From: Stegostoma tigrinum
Taxonomy: Eukaryota
Direction: 5' to 3'
Length of the DNA stretch: 64,000 nucleotides
Assembly (NCBI RefSeq): GCF_030684315.1
Contig: NC_081394.1
Span: 13,312,658 to 13,376,657, forward strand
Under the pieces are notes generated by a model. The model was not told the DNA's origin. It worked only from the letters and a program-made list of their open reading frames with translations, and did not search any database. Below, one piece after another: positions 1 through 13,199 of this stretch. Position 1 is the first letter of the stretch; each line of letters opens with the position of its first letter. Position numbers and translations under genes: made by a program.

Positions 1-712
1 GTTATAAGAAACACGAAATTTTGCTGAACATAACAATGTCATGAGGCAATTGGGAACTAAAAAGCAGTGATAACCACAAAGTCAGTTTTAAACGCGTCAA
101 ATTTCATGAAATCTTTCAAAATCGCATTTGGCCTAAGCAATGTAAATGTTGAAGCTGTGTGGTTACAGGTAGATTATTGTGAAATTGAGAGGCCAATCAG
201 TTATCTTTCAACAGAAAATCTTAACAACAGCCAAAAATTTCAACCATTGAATCGGAGGAATTGAGTTTGGAACCGGCCTGAGAACATTCTATTATCTAAG
301 TTACAAACAATATATCAGAGAATGTTGTGTATACATATCACAGTTCTTTGATGTTCCTGGAATGATTTAATGACGAAACCACCTGATATTTTTGCTTGAG
401 TCTCATTTGCAGATTTTGCATGTTGACGGTCAAGAATACATTATTGTGAATGATTCGTCACATGTTTAAAAGAAAAAAAGTTTGAATAAAATAGACAGTA
501 CTGTTTAGTGTGGCAATTATGTAGAAGTATTCTGAGGCATACAACTCTAGATTAAGGAAATATCTGTTGAGTAATAGGGGCATTAAAGTTTAGATATGAA
601 GAAAATGAACCCATCTTTTCATAATGATGATTCATTTTTCAAAGGGAGAGGTATTGTGTAGGGTGTAGAGTAATCATGGACTGGAAGGCAGGAAGATAGA
701 ATTTGGTGATTT

Positions 713-775
713 CTGAAGTAGTGTCCTGACCCGAAACGCCAGTTTTCCTGCTCCTCCCAGGCTGCCTGCCCACCC
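713..775 (+). mobile_element. Degenerate Penelope-terminus/hammerhead-like short repeat copy
   Basis: CTGAAGTAGTGTCCTGACCCGAAACGCCAGTTTTCCTGCTCCTC resembles the CTGAWGAAGGGTCTAGGCCCGAAACGTCAGCTTT family seen elsewhere in the window. Confidence 0.55.
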
Positions 776-1250
776 CATTTAAAAGATGTTCTTTTCCTTT
801 GCTTAGAGATTCAAAAATGGATGTTTGTTGGCTTGTTGATGAATAGAGCATGCAAAGAGAAACAGTTCTATCAAAAGGCTGTACTATTAACCGGCAAAGC
901 AGATTGGTTTACAAAGGCAACAGTATTTTTTAATTTAGCCAATTTATTTCAACTTGGCCGTTGGATACCAAAACCAATTAAAATTAAGACTGATGATTTT
1001 CATCAGATTGGAACAATCCAAATGTAAGAAACTGGTGTACTTTCAAGTGGATAAAATGTAATGACGTTTAGAAAGTCGTGGGAGAGTTAACTGTCATCTG
1101 CCAAGTGAACAGCTGTCAGATCGAAAATGAAATCATCACTGGCTCTCGTAGAATTCTCCAAGATTTAAAGTAAGCTCCATCTGAATTTCAGGTAATTATG
1201 GCACGAATATTTAATGTTTATGGCATTAAAAAGCACTTTGATGGAGAAGG

Positions 1251-1330
1251 AGTTCCTGACAGAACAATTTACCAAAAAGTCGTTCCTGTCAGAAGAATTT
1301 GTCAGAAAAGGCACAGAACATTTCAGAAAA
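1251..1330. repeat. Degenerate ~30-bp tandem repeat (about 2.5 units)
   Basis: GTTCCTGACAGAACAATTTACCAAAAAG / GTTCCTGTCAGAAGAATTTGTCAGAAAAG / ACAGAACATTTCAGAAAA. Confidence 0.55.
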
Positions 1331-1548
1331 CGTAATTTCGAACGAGTTTTTTTTTGTTTCATTTTATGGCGTTCAGATATATACATTTATTGGATCAGTG
1401 TGCCATGATAATTTTATTGTTGGTTGCTCTCCGAGCTGGTTCAATAGTTTGTATACTTTTCATTACCCTACTGAGTAGCATTATCAGTGCAGCCTCCTAT
1501 GAAATGCTGTTGTGTTTTCCCGCCTGGTATTTAAACTTTGCATTCCAT

Positions 1549-2545
1549 TAGAATATAGATCATAGAACATTACAGCACAGTACATGCCCTTCGGCCCTCG
1601 ATGTTGTGCCGACCCCTCATACCGATCTGAAGCCCATCTAACCTACACTATTCCATGTACGTCCATGCACTTATCCAATGATGACTTAAATGTGCCCAAA
1701 GTCGCAAAGCGTTTCATTCCCTTACTACTCTCTGAGTAAAGAAATCACCTCTGATATCTGTCCTATATCTTTTACCCCTCAATTTAAAGGTAAGCCCCCT
1801 CGTGTTCGCCGTCAACATCCTAGGGAAAAGGCTGCCCCTATCCACCCTATCTAACCCTCTGATTATTTTATACGTTTTAATTAAGTCACCTCTCAACCTT
1901 CTTCTCTTCAACGAAAACAGCCTCAAGTCCCTCAGCCTTTCCTCGTACGACCTTCCTCATACCAGGCAACATCCTAGTAAATCTCCTCTGCACCCTTTCC
2001 AAAGCTTCCATATCCTTCTTATAATGTGGTGATCAGAACTGTATGCAATACTCCAAGTGCAGCCGCAACAGAGTTTTGCACAGCTGAAGCATCTCTTGGT
2101 TCCAGAACTTGATCCCTCTATTAATAAAAGCCAAAACACTGTATGCCGTCTTAACAGCCCTGTAAACCTGGCTGGAAACTTTCAAGGATCTGTGCACATG
2201 GACACCGAGATCTCTCTGCTCATCTGCATTACCAAGAATCTCACCATTAGCCCACTACTTTGCCATCTGCTTACTCCTACCAAAGTGGGTCACCTCACAC
2301 TTGTCTGCATTAATCTCCATTTACCACCTCTCAGCCCAGCTCTGCAGCTTATCTATGCCTCTCTGCAACCTACAGCATCCTTCTTCACTATCCACAACTC
2401 CACCGACCTTAGTGTTGTATGCAAATTTACTAATCCATCATTCTACGCCTTCATCCAGGTCATTTATAAAAATGACAAATAGCAGTGGACCCAACACCGA
2501 CCCTTGTGGTACACCACTAGTACTTGGTCTCCAGGATGAATATTT
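1549..2545 (-). mobile_element. CR1 LINE, 5'-truncated (RT C-terminal half + 3' UTR)
   Basis: Minus ORF 1714..1926 LFSLKRRRLRGDLIKTYKIIRGLDRVD is a typical CR1 ORF2 C-terminus. The region is the reverse complement of the copy at 34410-35420 and has a TAGAA-type tail at ~1549-1570. Confidence 0.95.
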
Positions 2546-2549
2546 TCCA

Positions 2550-3433
2550 TTTTATAATGACTTCTGCCTCCAACTACCAAAAGCTGAAGTTCAAACTCTC
2601 CATTTCTGTTGTTCTGTTGATAAGGCTAATCTCTCTTTTTCTTCTTCTTCACCTAGTGTTATTCCTTCTTTTCATTTCTTCTATGAGAGTTTTTCCCCCT
2701 TTTCCTTTGCCACACCCATTGCTGTGTCATTTGCACCTGGAGTTTAGCTGATTGCCTTTCTTGTAATCTACCTACTAGTGTTGGTACCTCACATATTTGT
2801 GCAGACAAAGGCGACTCCAACTACAGCTGATCGTCCAACTCCAAAAGCCCTGAGGTAACCCATTTTCTGAATGAATCCCAATGTGACATACTCCATCCTC
2901 AGGATACAGCACTCAAAAGATCAACATTAAGCAAAACGCAATTTATTGAAAGACTATTGGAAAATACAACAAAAGAAAGAACTTAGAATAATTAACTCTG
3001 TTGGAATGTTAATTGATTAATAGATACTGTAACGATTACTCAATAACTGGTCAAGTAACGTAACATCCCTTAAACACAACCATTAGCAAAAAAGGTAATT
3101 TCAGAAATCAGATTTTCGCACATCCAATACCTGAACAATGAAGAGAAACCACAGCTTCTCGTTGTTACTGAGAGAGGAGGAAATAATGTAATCTTCTTCA
3201 GAACTTCAGCAGGCTCTACTACATCTAAAAGCTAGAAAGAAGCAACCCACAGAGAACCTGGCTGCACCTAACCAGGCTGTTTCAGTTTTTCCACCTTTAA
3301 AATAATGGTCTTGCAAGCTAGTTTTGTTACCATGCACGCTCGTAAAATCATATTCAATCTTTCTCCGGAAGAAACTAGGAGAAAATAAAACGCATAAAAC
3401 CGCAGCATTATTACTAGGTTTTCACCATGTCAT
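2550..3433 (-). mobile_element. Gypsy (Gmr1-like family) remnant: LTR (~2883-3433) plus gag fragment
   Basis: Minus strand encodes an E/K-rich REFELQLL stretch like the gag at ~30480. TGTGACA at 2883 marks an LTR edge and the LTR body resembles 50600-51261. Confidence 0.6.
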
Positions 3434-5169
3434 CTCTGATGTGATTATCTTTTCCTTTTCTGTTACAATTTCCAGCTCACTCACGTGTCTTGAGAACAGC
3501 ATTGCTCCTCACCATTATTCTTGTGCAATGTTATTTCTACGTTGATCTGACCAAGTGTTCTGCATATTTCATATTTGTACGCTTTGTACAAATGTGTTTC
3601 GAGAGAGAAGAAATGAAATCGACCATGTGTGGTCTAATATTTCTGAATCCCTGAATAAATGCAACTTAATGAACATTATCCTATTTCTTTTTATTTATTG
3701 TCATGAAGTTGCAGTACTAATGCTGAACTGATTTTCTTTTTTTTGAATGTTTCATTCATTAAATCATGAACTGTGGGTCATGCAAGTGAGGTCAAAATGT
3801 TATCACCAATCTGTAAGTGCCCAGAAGGCAGACAAGGCTGAATCACAGTTCTTAGTTTCGAGGGTCGCTTTTTGTTCCTGTAAAGGCATTAAGAAACAAA
3901 GTGACTTCTGTTCTTTACTTTCAACATTGGCTTAACGGCCATCATTCAACTCTATTTCCAGACTTTCATTTAACACAATAAAGTCATGATTGTATTTGTG
4001 CCCAGGTAACGATTAATTTGATCTGTGGATTAATACTCTGGATAACAATGCAACAATCTGTTACCTCATCCAAAGATGAATGAAACTTGGTCAGATAAGA
4101 AGTTTTCACTTTCAATTAAATTGTCAATAATTTATCCAGATAATCATTATTCACCGTTCTCTTTTAAGCAAGTAATTCATTTGTCCCTTTTTGTTTACTA
4201 TGGTTGTAAAACTGGTAGGTATTTAAATCTCCAGAAATGGAACCAAGATTCTTACACATATGAAATGCACTGCATATCAAGCCTGTCCCCTACTTTGGTA
4301 CATATTATGGCTTTTTTTAATTTTAAGATTATGAATGGATTTGCAATGGTTTTCCCCAAGTTATTTGGCAAACTTAAACGAAATCATACTGTCAAATTCC
4401 TATCATATGAGCATGCTCACTTTTAACAATTTGATCATGTTTTAAAGCTCATTTACCCCTATTTGCCTGGCAACCAAGGAGAATATCTAATAATTCTTAC
4501 TCACTTGCACGTTCTGCGACTTCAAACAATTTCAACAATTCCTTAATCACTGCTGTTTAACACGTAAAATGTTTATGACTACCGAATTATTTTAGTTAAG
4601 ACATGTCAACAGTGTATTTTTCATTTATTTTCTGCATGTTTTTTCTTCATTTGTCTTTGCCTTCTGATGCTTCATATTATCTCTAATGCTCATCTCTAGC
4701 CGAACTTGTTCCTCGTTTGGAACAAACAAACAGTGTAAGATTGTACTTTTAATTCATTTTGGGCGTGCAGTCTGTAGATTGTCAAGATACAAATATAATT
4801 GTTACATTTAAATTACCACTGATTCCATTTCACCTTACCAGCTGTTTCCTGGAGTTGAATCAGCTGCTTGATCACTGTCAAGAAAGGAAAGCACCATATT
4901 AGCTTGCAATGGAGGCAAATCAAAGTCTGAGAAGAATGTTGAGCAAAGCTATTCGTGAGATATTTCAATTGATAGTGAACTGAAAGAAAAAATATTAGTA
5001 GAAATGCAAACTCGTTACATCAGCACACATCAATGGTGACAGAAACAAAATTGACAATATGTGATTATAAGCTTTTGTTTTGAGTTGGCAAAAAAAGTTG
5101 TGACTCAAGGCTTTACTGAATTTCAATGTTTTACCACACATATAACATTTATTCATATCTGATATAAGT

Positions 5170-6522
5170 TGCAAGCCTACCAACTCCCAGACCTACCTAG
5201 AATATATATCCTCTTACCCATCCTCCTGCAAGATTGACATCCGCTCATCACAATTCTTTCGCCTCCACCACAGTTGCTCCCAGCATGTCCCTTTCCACTC
5301 CCAGACATTCCAGATGCCCTCGTTTTTAAAAGAGCACAATTTTCCTTCCAATGTGATCATAAACACCCTCAAACGCATCTGTCGCGTTTACCACTCCACA
5401 AACCTCACAACCCTCCCCCGCAATGACAACAAATACAGAATTCTTCTTGCCCTCACATGTCACCCAATCAACCTTTGGATCTAACGTATCATTCACCATC
5501 ACTTCGGCCACTTGCAATCTGACCCCACTATCAAGGAGATATAAATTTAATCAAGGAGATATTTTCCTCCCTACCCTAATCTGCCTTCCGGAGGTATCGT
5601 TTTCTCCATGAGTCCCTCGTACACTCCAGACACTCCACTAACCTCAACACCCCGGTACTTTTCCCTGCAACCACAGGAAGTGCTACATATGCCCCTTCAC
5701 CTCCTTCCGCTCCCCCATCCCAGGCCCCAGAAAAACCTTCCACATTAATCAAATGTTCATGTGCATATCTGCTAATGTGGTTTATTGTATCCAGGCTTCC
5801 AGGTATGGCCTTCTCAACATCGGGGAAACCAAGCAGACGCTTGAAGACTGCTTTGTTAAGCATCTGTGCTTGTTTCATCACAAATACCAACACCTCCCAG
5901 TAGCAAACCACTTCAACCCACCACCCCGTCAATCCCTGGACGACATGTCCATTCTGAGCCTCCCCCAGTGCCAAAATAATGCCACCTGAAGGCTGGAGGA
6001 ACAGCACCTCATATTCCACTTGGGGACCCTACAGCCCAAAGGTTACAATGGTCGCTTCATAAACTTCAAAGCCTCCTCACCCCCGACTTCATCTGAAGAC
6101 CCGCCAATCTCGCCTCCGCTTCCTTGACCTGTTCATTTTTACACCCAGAGATCTGTTGCTCCCACCTCACTGACCAACACCCACACCAACTTGCTGCCTA
6201 CTCACCTCTCCTGCCTCTTTGACCTGTCAGTCTTCCCTCCCCCTACCCACTCCTTCCTCTTCAATGACCAATCCCTATCCCAACTCCAAACCTACACTTA
6301 CCTTTACTGGCTCCATGCCCGCCTCCTTGACCCGTGCACCTTCTCCCCACCTATTTGCTCTTCTATCCATTTTCTATCACTTCTTCCCCCGTCTCTGTTT
6401 ATTTCAGAGCAAACTTCCCCTCCTCCATTTCTGAAGAAGGGTCCAGACTCGAAACATCAGCTTTCCTTCTCCTCTAATGCTGCCTGGCCTGCTCTGTTCA
6501 TACAGCTCTACACCTGTTATCT
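5170..6522 (+). mobile_element. Penelope-like element (RT thumb + GIY-YIG endonuclease, decayed) ending in a hammerhead-like terminus
   Basis: KPT..YL..SSHP motif near 5175-5225; ORF 5753..5989 SANVVYCIQASRYGLLNIGETKQTL is GIY-YIG; terminus CTGAAGAAGGGTCCAGACTCGAAACATC at 6431-6458. Confidence 0.9.
6431..6458 (+). ncRNA. Minimal hammerhead-ribozyme-like motif (Penelope-associated)
   Basis: CUGAAGA core, extra A, stem II GGGUC/GACUC, GAAAC, then AUC triplet. Confidence 0.6.
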
Positions 6523-7964
6523 AACTACATTTATTCATGATCACATGAAATCGAGAAAACTGCAGTTTTTGACTTATGATTACATCTCGTGGCTGCAGGA
6601 TAACTGCAAATAAACATCAAAATAAGGCGTAATGTTCACTTTAGCACATTTAAGATAGCGTTCAACAAATATCAAGATTCTCTTCGCATGCTTAAATGCT
6701 TTCGCTGGCAATTAATTGTCACCTTTATCTTTCTTCTCTTGTTGTGCATCTGAAATTCAAATGCAGTGAAGTCCGTCATTCTTTATCTTAAATGTTTTGC
6801 ACACTGAGGGAAATTTTTCCATTAGCATAGAGCTAAATATTTATCATGTAGAGGGTTGCAACACTGACAAATAATAGATTCAATTTTACTCAAAAACAGA
6901 AATTGTCTTACGCTCATACGTTTGCTTAACACTAGCAAGTGGAAACAAAAAAAGCAGGTTACAACAAACACTACCTCTTACACCAATATTAAAGTTGATG
7001 TGTGGAGTGCTTCTCTTGGTACAATCAACTTACTCTAAATAAGGAGAACTATTGTGGTTTTTTAAACCTGTTCACTTAGTGCAATGATAAAATAACCAGA
7101 ATGTCCTTTCTTTCCTAATAAGACACATAGTAGAATGAACTAATTCGATGTATAAGAAAATAAAAAGCATGATTAGAAAAGATTATTCTCGTGCAAAGCA
7201 TACTGAATTTTTATTAACTTATTTTTAACAGTAAAGGATTATAATCTTCATCACCCTGTCTATAGCAGCCAGCTGGATGATGGATACCAGCTTTTGCTTC
7301 TAACTCAGTTATATTGAATAAATAGTTTGAGGAGCAGGAATGTATGCCCAAGCATGGAAATGTTTTTAATTTGGGCAAGACTGAGCACAAGCACATAATT
7401 TAAGCTAATACAGTACCAGTGCTTTTTGATAGGTCAAATGACAATGATATCATCAGTTGAAGAAACAATCAATAAGAACGAGTTAAAAAAAAACATTAAT
7501 TTTGAGGAAATTACAATATTTCCTTCAAAACAAGTATCTACAGAAAGCATAATCACACTTGATTCCAGTGGATTTGAACGGATTCAAACGAATTTGTGTG
7601 GTATCAATCTAGCAGTCAGCCGTGCCAGCCAGCCTACAAACCAATACTCACAAAATTCCTTACGGCATCGATTTTCAAGTAGGAATTTTTTTTCTTAATT
7701 ATTTACTAATAAGTTGCAGGTAATTAAATAAATAGTCTCATTAATTATTCATCAGCAGGTCTTGTGAGGTGCTACAGTTCATTTGCCTAACAGTTGAAAC
7801 CAGTGCGTTTTTTTTTGTTTGGGCACTGCGAGCCATGACAACAGTTTCCTCTGAAGTAATGTGTTGGACTCTTCTTAATATCAAAAAAATCAACTAGTTT
7901 TCTCTCAGTATGCCACTGTTTGAGAACAAGAGAATCTGAAATCGATAAAGAAGCAATTAAACTT

Positions 7965-8066
7965 CAGCTTGTCTGCTCCTAAGATGTTGCTTGATGTGCT
8001 GTGTTCATCCAACTCTACACTTTGTTATCTGGGATTCTCCAGCACCTGCAGTTCCTATTATCTCTG
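7965..8066 (+). mobile_element. Penelope-terminus-derived short element (single arm with tail)
   Basis: CAGCTTGTCTGCTCCTAAGATGTTGC...GTGTTCATCC...GTTATCTGGGATTCTCCAGCACCTGCAGTTCCTATTATCTCTG. Confidence 0.85.
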
Positions 8067-10869
8067 CATAAATAATTGGTTGTATTGTCGATTTCTTTAA
8101 AACAGTCGTACTACATCAGATCCATTGTGAAAGTGAACTGCACAAAAGTGTACAAGCAACGTTGTCAGATTTAGATGAACGTTTTCTCAGCGTTCAGCTT
8201 GTTAACTGCCTCTTTACTTTCTCATCAGTGTCTTCTCTGAGATTTGAGCACTGCATTACTGCCATCTACCTTTACCTGATCATTTATCTTTCACAATGTT
8301 GATATTCAGGTGTCAATTTAAAAAGTTATTGGAATTAATTCAATATTATTAGGCGAATTTTCTGAGCAGCGTTAAGCTTTTGCCGTTTTCGTGTACGTTC
8401 CTTTTGTTTATGGCAAGAAGAAACTCTCTGTTTGTTATGTAAGATTTTGTTTGGCGTTTGCTGCAAACAGTGTAGCTGTCCATCCATGGTAATAGCTCTC
8501 CTGTAAATAAAACCGTTATGAAAAACCACCTCATGGCCTTGTTTCTCCCTAATAAACAGCAACGTTAAAATAAAAATGCAATCTGCAGCGTCAAAGACAA
8601 TCAAACTAGCAGCGAGAGTCAAAAGGCAAATATGCAAATTAGCACTAAACGTGGAGGGCTGACTACAAAGTGACAGTTGGGTACGAGTTTCAGACACTTG
8701 TGAAAAAACTTGGCATTTAACTAGTATCCAGCATTAACTAGTCATTCAGGGTTCCAGGGTACAAGTTGTTAAAGAAAATGATGTATTATATATGGGAGAT
8801 TGAGTCTGGAATGAGATATTGATTTTTGGTGAGAGGTGGTATCAGTGTTGATATCATCGTCTGGCAAGGTCAGCTGGTATATTGGGTTCTGGGCCAATGG
8901 GCAACATGGCGAGGATTTAGTCTCCTTTAATTTGGAAAAAAAAGTTATTTTCTGAACAGCATGACATTATGTTTTAATGGTAGTGACATACCTGAAACAG
9001 TGGAATGAGTATCCTGTTAAATAAGTCACGTCACAGGGTGGGTGGTTGAGTCTGGTGACAGAGTTGTTTACGTTCTGCTATGAGAGGGTTTGTCTGATCT
9101 CAGTTACTTGATGAAAACTGATGGTGGAATAAATTTAGTGATGTTCAATGCATTCTAATAGTTCCGGAGCACTTAAGCTTGAGGACATAAGTTCATTTTT
9201 CTGGAGATAAGAAATACGCTGTCCTAGTGGTGAATTCTATAATGCATTGGGTAGTTTTGACAGTTTCCTGGGTAGAACAATTTCGAGGGAACTCATAAAT
9301 TTCCTCTGCTGCACCATCTTACTCTATTAGAATATAGATTCCAAGTAAGTCCGAGTCTCAACTCCCTTATATGATGCAAAAACGACGATCAGAAAAAGGA
9401 GACCTATTGGACTGTAATGATTTAAATGGCTTCTGTGGAGGCAGTCAAGGAAATATATTCCAAAAGAAAACACAAAACACAAAGACCAACATCAAAAGTA
9501 AAGGCAGAATAAAAGAATAAGTGCAAGCGATTGTATTAACCTTAGGAAAATAACTCAATATCATTCCCCTGTGGATTGTGTATAAATACTTACAACCCTA
9601 ACACAATTGAAGCAAGAAACAGATTAAAGCGACCGCAGTGCACAAACATTTAAAATGCATTATGGATTGAGCATAACTTCTATGGACCCGAAACTGGTGT
9701 GATTATTATACTAAGGCCTCCAGGTTGATTGGATATATAAATTCTCTGGAGATTTTTCACATCTCTATTGAAAGCAACAAAGTGTAATTCTGGGTGAGAT
9801 GAACATTTATCGTTTCATACGAGATTTTTGGGTATTTGGTATAGTTCCTTTTATTTTGAATTTCTGAACGTAAAACTAAATACAAATGGCTTTCATACTC
9901 ACCATAATAGGTTTTTGTTTTCATTCTTTCTGCACATAATTTTTTTGAAGAAATGAATGAAATCATGCAAAACTTCCTTAAAACTGAATAGCATTCACAG
10001 CTGGCCAGCTGGCTAAATTTGAAATATTTCATAATTTAACATTAGGTTCCAAGGGGAGCTATCAGTTAAAATTTGCGATGCTTTCCTATTGGTTATAGGA
10101 ACTGTTCTTATTATTAATATATATGTTTCCTGGGGGCTTTGTTTTTTTTACTCATTCAGAAGTTATTATGAAACATAATTGCCTTGCTGTTAAGCAGTTT
10201 CATCAAGTGTTGAAGTTGTTGTTGTGTAGACAACAACAAGGCTTGATTAATCAGCTGCAATTCTGCCCCAAAGACAGCAAACGAATTATTATATATTCCA
10301 CATTATTTTTCTATGTTAGAGTGAAACTTCCGATATTGTTTACTGTTGTGGTATTGTCCTTCTTCGCTTTTGATTGCTGAATACCTAATTAAAATCTATT
10401 AACATTATTTCGGCATATTTTACAATAGCTTTTCAAAACAAAACAAATTAAACGAAAGTTTTCCTTTTATGCATTCGCAACGTGCAAAATGGATCTAAGA
10501 ATAAAATAATTTTGCATTGAATCATTTATTATAACTCACTATCCTTTATGCAAACTTTGGGTCAAAAAATTAAGAAATCGAGAAGTTCAAATAAATTCTA
10601 AAAGAAAATTGATGTAATTCTGAGAATTTTTTTTCAAATAAAAATTATCTAAACATTCATTTGCTCAAAATATGTCCAGTTGCAATAAAATTGTTTAAGA
10701 AACGTTAGAACACCAAAGTTTCTTCAAAGTGGACCAGTAATACAACGCATGGTGAAATGGATCTACTGCTTCAATTTTGATCCCAAGGACAATGTCTAAG
10801 TTTGTGTATGTTCCAAGTGTGTACCTTTAAGTAGGAGTGATGTATTTAAAACATTATATTCCTTTGAAA

Positions 10870-10990
10870 TGAACGTTCCCATGCATACGGGAGTTCTTCT
10901 GGGTGCTCTGTTGCCTCCGACAGTCCAAATGATGACAGGGTAGGTACATTGATCATGTTAAATTGCCAAATGATTTCAGGGATGTGTAAG
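10870..10990 (+). mobile_element. Decayed V-SINE (HE1-like) central domain
   Basis: GGGTGCTCTGTTGCCTCCGACAGTCCAAA...AAATTGCC resembles the V-domain of the SINE at 28215-28290. Confidence 0.55.
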
Positions 10991-13199
10991 CGATATCGAT
11001 TAGCAATGGGAAATGTGAAGTGATGGGATGATATATAATATATGATATTACTCAAGTTCGATTGACTTTTTTTGGCTTATTTACCTTCGAGTTTACAATC
11101 ATGAGATGAACATTCTTGGATGAGCATACGTTTCTGAATGGGACTTTTTTGCATGCCACCACGGTAGTTTTTTTTTATTAAATGAATGATGCAAAAATCT
11201 GGAATAACAGACTTGACTGATGACGACCATGGAAACAATGCTCATGGTTTTTGAAATCTGTTAAGTTAACCAATATACTTAATAGAAAAGCATATGCTTT
11301 CTTGCCTGACACACATGCGGCTGCAACATCCCCTGCAATCGAGTATATTTTTTTACTAGCCTCTGGCAATAAATGTTGACATATTCAGTGGAACTGATTC
11401 CGCACAATGTATTCAGACCAAATTGCCAAAATGTCTGTTTACTCTTACAATTTATATGTTTGTAATTTCGTATGCATTGCTAGGAGCGGATAATGGCTCG
11501 AAATATCGTATGGATATTTTTGTTATCGCAGTGAAAGTTTTCTGCTTCACAGACAACCTTGGTGCAGATGTTATAGAATGATATCCAAATAGATTCTTTA
11601 TCCTGCTAACACATTATAACAGAAGACTAAGCTAGCAATGGCACTGCAAGTAAACATTAACATGGAAATAACAGAAAATTTCAGCAAAGCCTCATCCTTC
11701 ACGTCAGGTAACATATATTTTCAATGTCACAGCCATACTACCTCACGCACAAGGAAGGATCGTCCAATTTGGTATTGAAGCATGCCGACTTGGTGAAATA
11801 ATAGATTAAAAAACCTGAGCAAGTGCTTCAAGACAGAATAGCACAATTATCTGTTAGAATAAAAAAAAGACAAAATATTTTCTATTTATGTGCAAAGCAC
11901 ATCAACAAATATGGAAACAGAGACAAACTCATATTCTGAGGTGCTTATTGATGTTATCCCTTTTGAAAGCTCGAGGAACAAAATATGGATGGACCGTTGT
12001 ACTCTTACCTGCTATAACTTCGTCAATATGATCTACCATGCCGTTATTTTCACTGAGATATTGTTGTGGCATGTCTCTTCTGTCCCACATTCTGATGTGT
12101 TCATCAGCGAACATTGCAGCTGTAGAAATTGGTGAAATGCAATTTATTACGAAGTTTATTACATTGCAACAACACAACAGTTAACATTTCAGCAGTACGT
12201 TTCAAAATACTGACGTAATTATTGAAATAAAAAATGGTAAACAGCACAGTAAAATGGAAATGTTTGAATGAATGCAGAAACGAATGAATGGATTTATTAA
12301 GAGAAAAGCTTTTATTCATCACCACGATCTGCTGTCAGTTTGAAAATTAGCAGAATACAAATAAACAAAAAGTATATTTTAAATAGAAGTCCATCTGCAT
12401 TCTCCTGCCTCCTCCATGAATCATGAACCAGCCGTGAACCATCACAGATACGCTACCGTGAATGCTGGTGTCAATTAATTTCAAATTCGCCAGTATTCAG
12501 GAACTGCCACTCATTCTGGGTTGATTATTCTCTATCACCACGTCACAGTTGGCTTTCATTTTTGTTTCTGATTTTCCTTTCCCTTCTGCAACATCTTCAT
12601 TGTGGCCAGGGCTGGACCCAAGCAAACATGATTTTGACAGCTCTCAGCTGCCATTTTTCGCCCCTGAGCCTACCTCACTAACGTCTTCACTGATGTCGCA
12701 GTCGCTGATTGCGAGTCCTGTGCTTCTACCAGAAGTATAAGTAAAAGCTTGCTCAAGTCTGTACTGGACTCAATTGAGTCTGCATGAAGCCTTCTCATGT
12801 CTGTGTTTGGACAAGGCGACTCTGCATTGAATTCAGTCAGCTCCTACATGAACCCGTGCTGGTAAATCTTGCCACTTCTCAACTGTTAAGAGATTACCAG
12901 ATATACAAAACGTAAGTCAGAGAGGTAAAGAAAAAAGGGGGGGGGAATCAGGAAAGTGAAAAGAAAAGACAACGGAGAGGCCGACCTGAATCGGGTTCAG
13001 CAGCCAGCATGCTTCATCAGCAAATCTGTTCTGAAGACTACCACCTGCCACAATCCTAAGAATGAAAAGGAAGTAAATCTCACTTCAACTGCCAAAAAGC
13101 ATCGCGACATCTTCACATACAACAAAACACCTTCTTATGGCCCAGGCCAGACGCCTTCATAATGTTAGGAACGCACCAGCATCCATGTCACTCGTGTTA

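Noticed and set aside
2057-2747. 141-aa and 148-aa plus-strand ORFs
   Set aside because: Antisense frames of the CR1 RT, mirrored at 34313-34760.
8700-9330. Possible old retroelement fragment on the minus strand
   Set aside because: Repeat-like composition, but no motif I can confidently assign.
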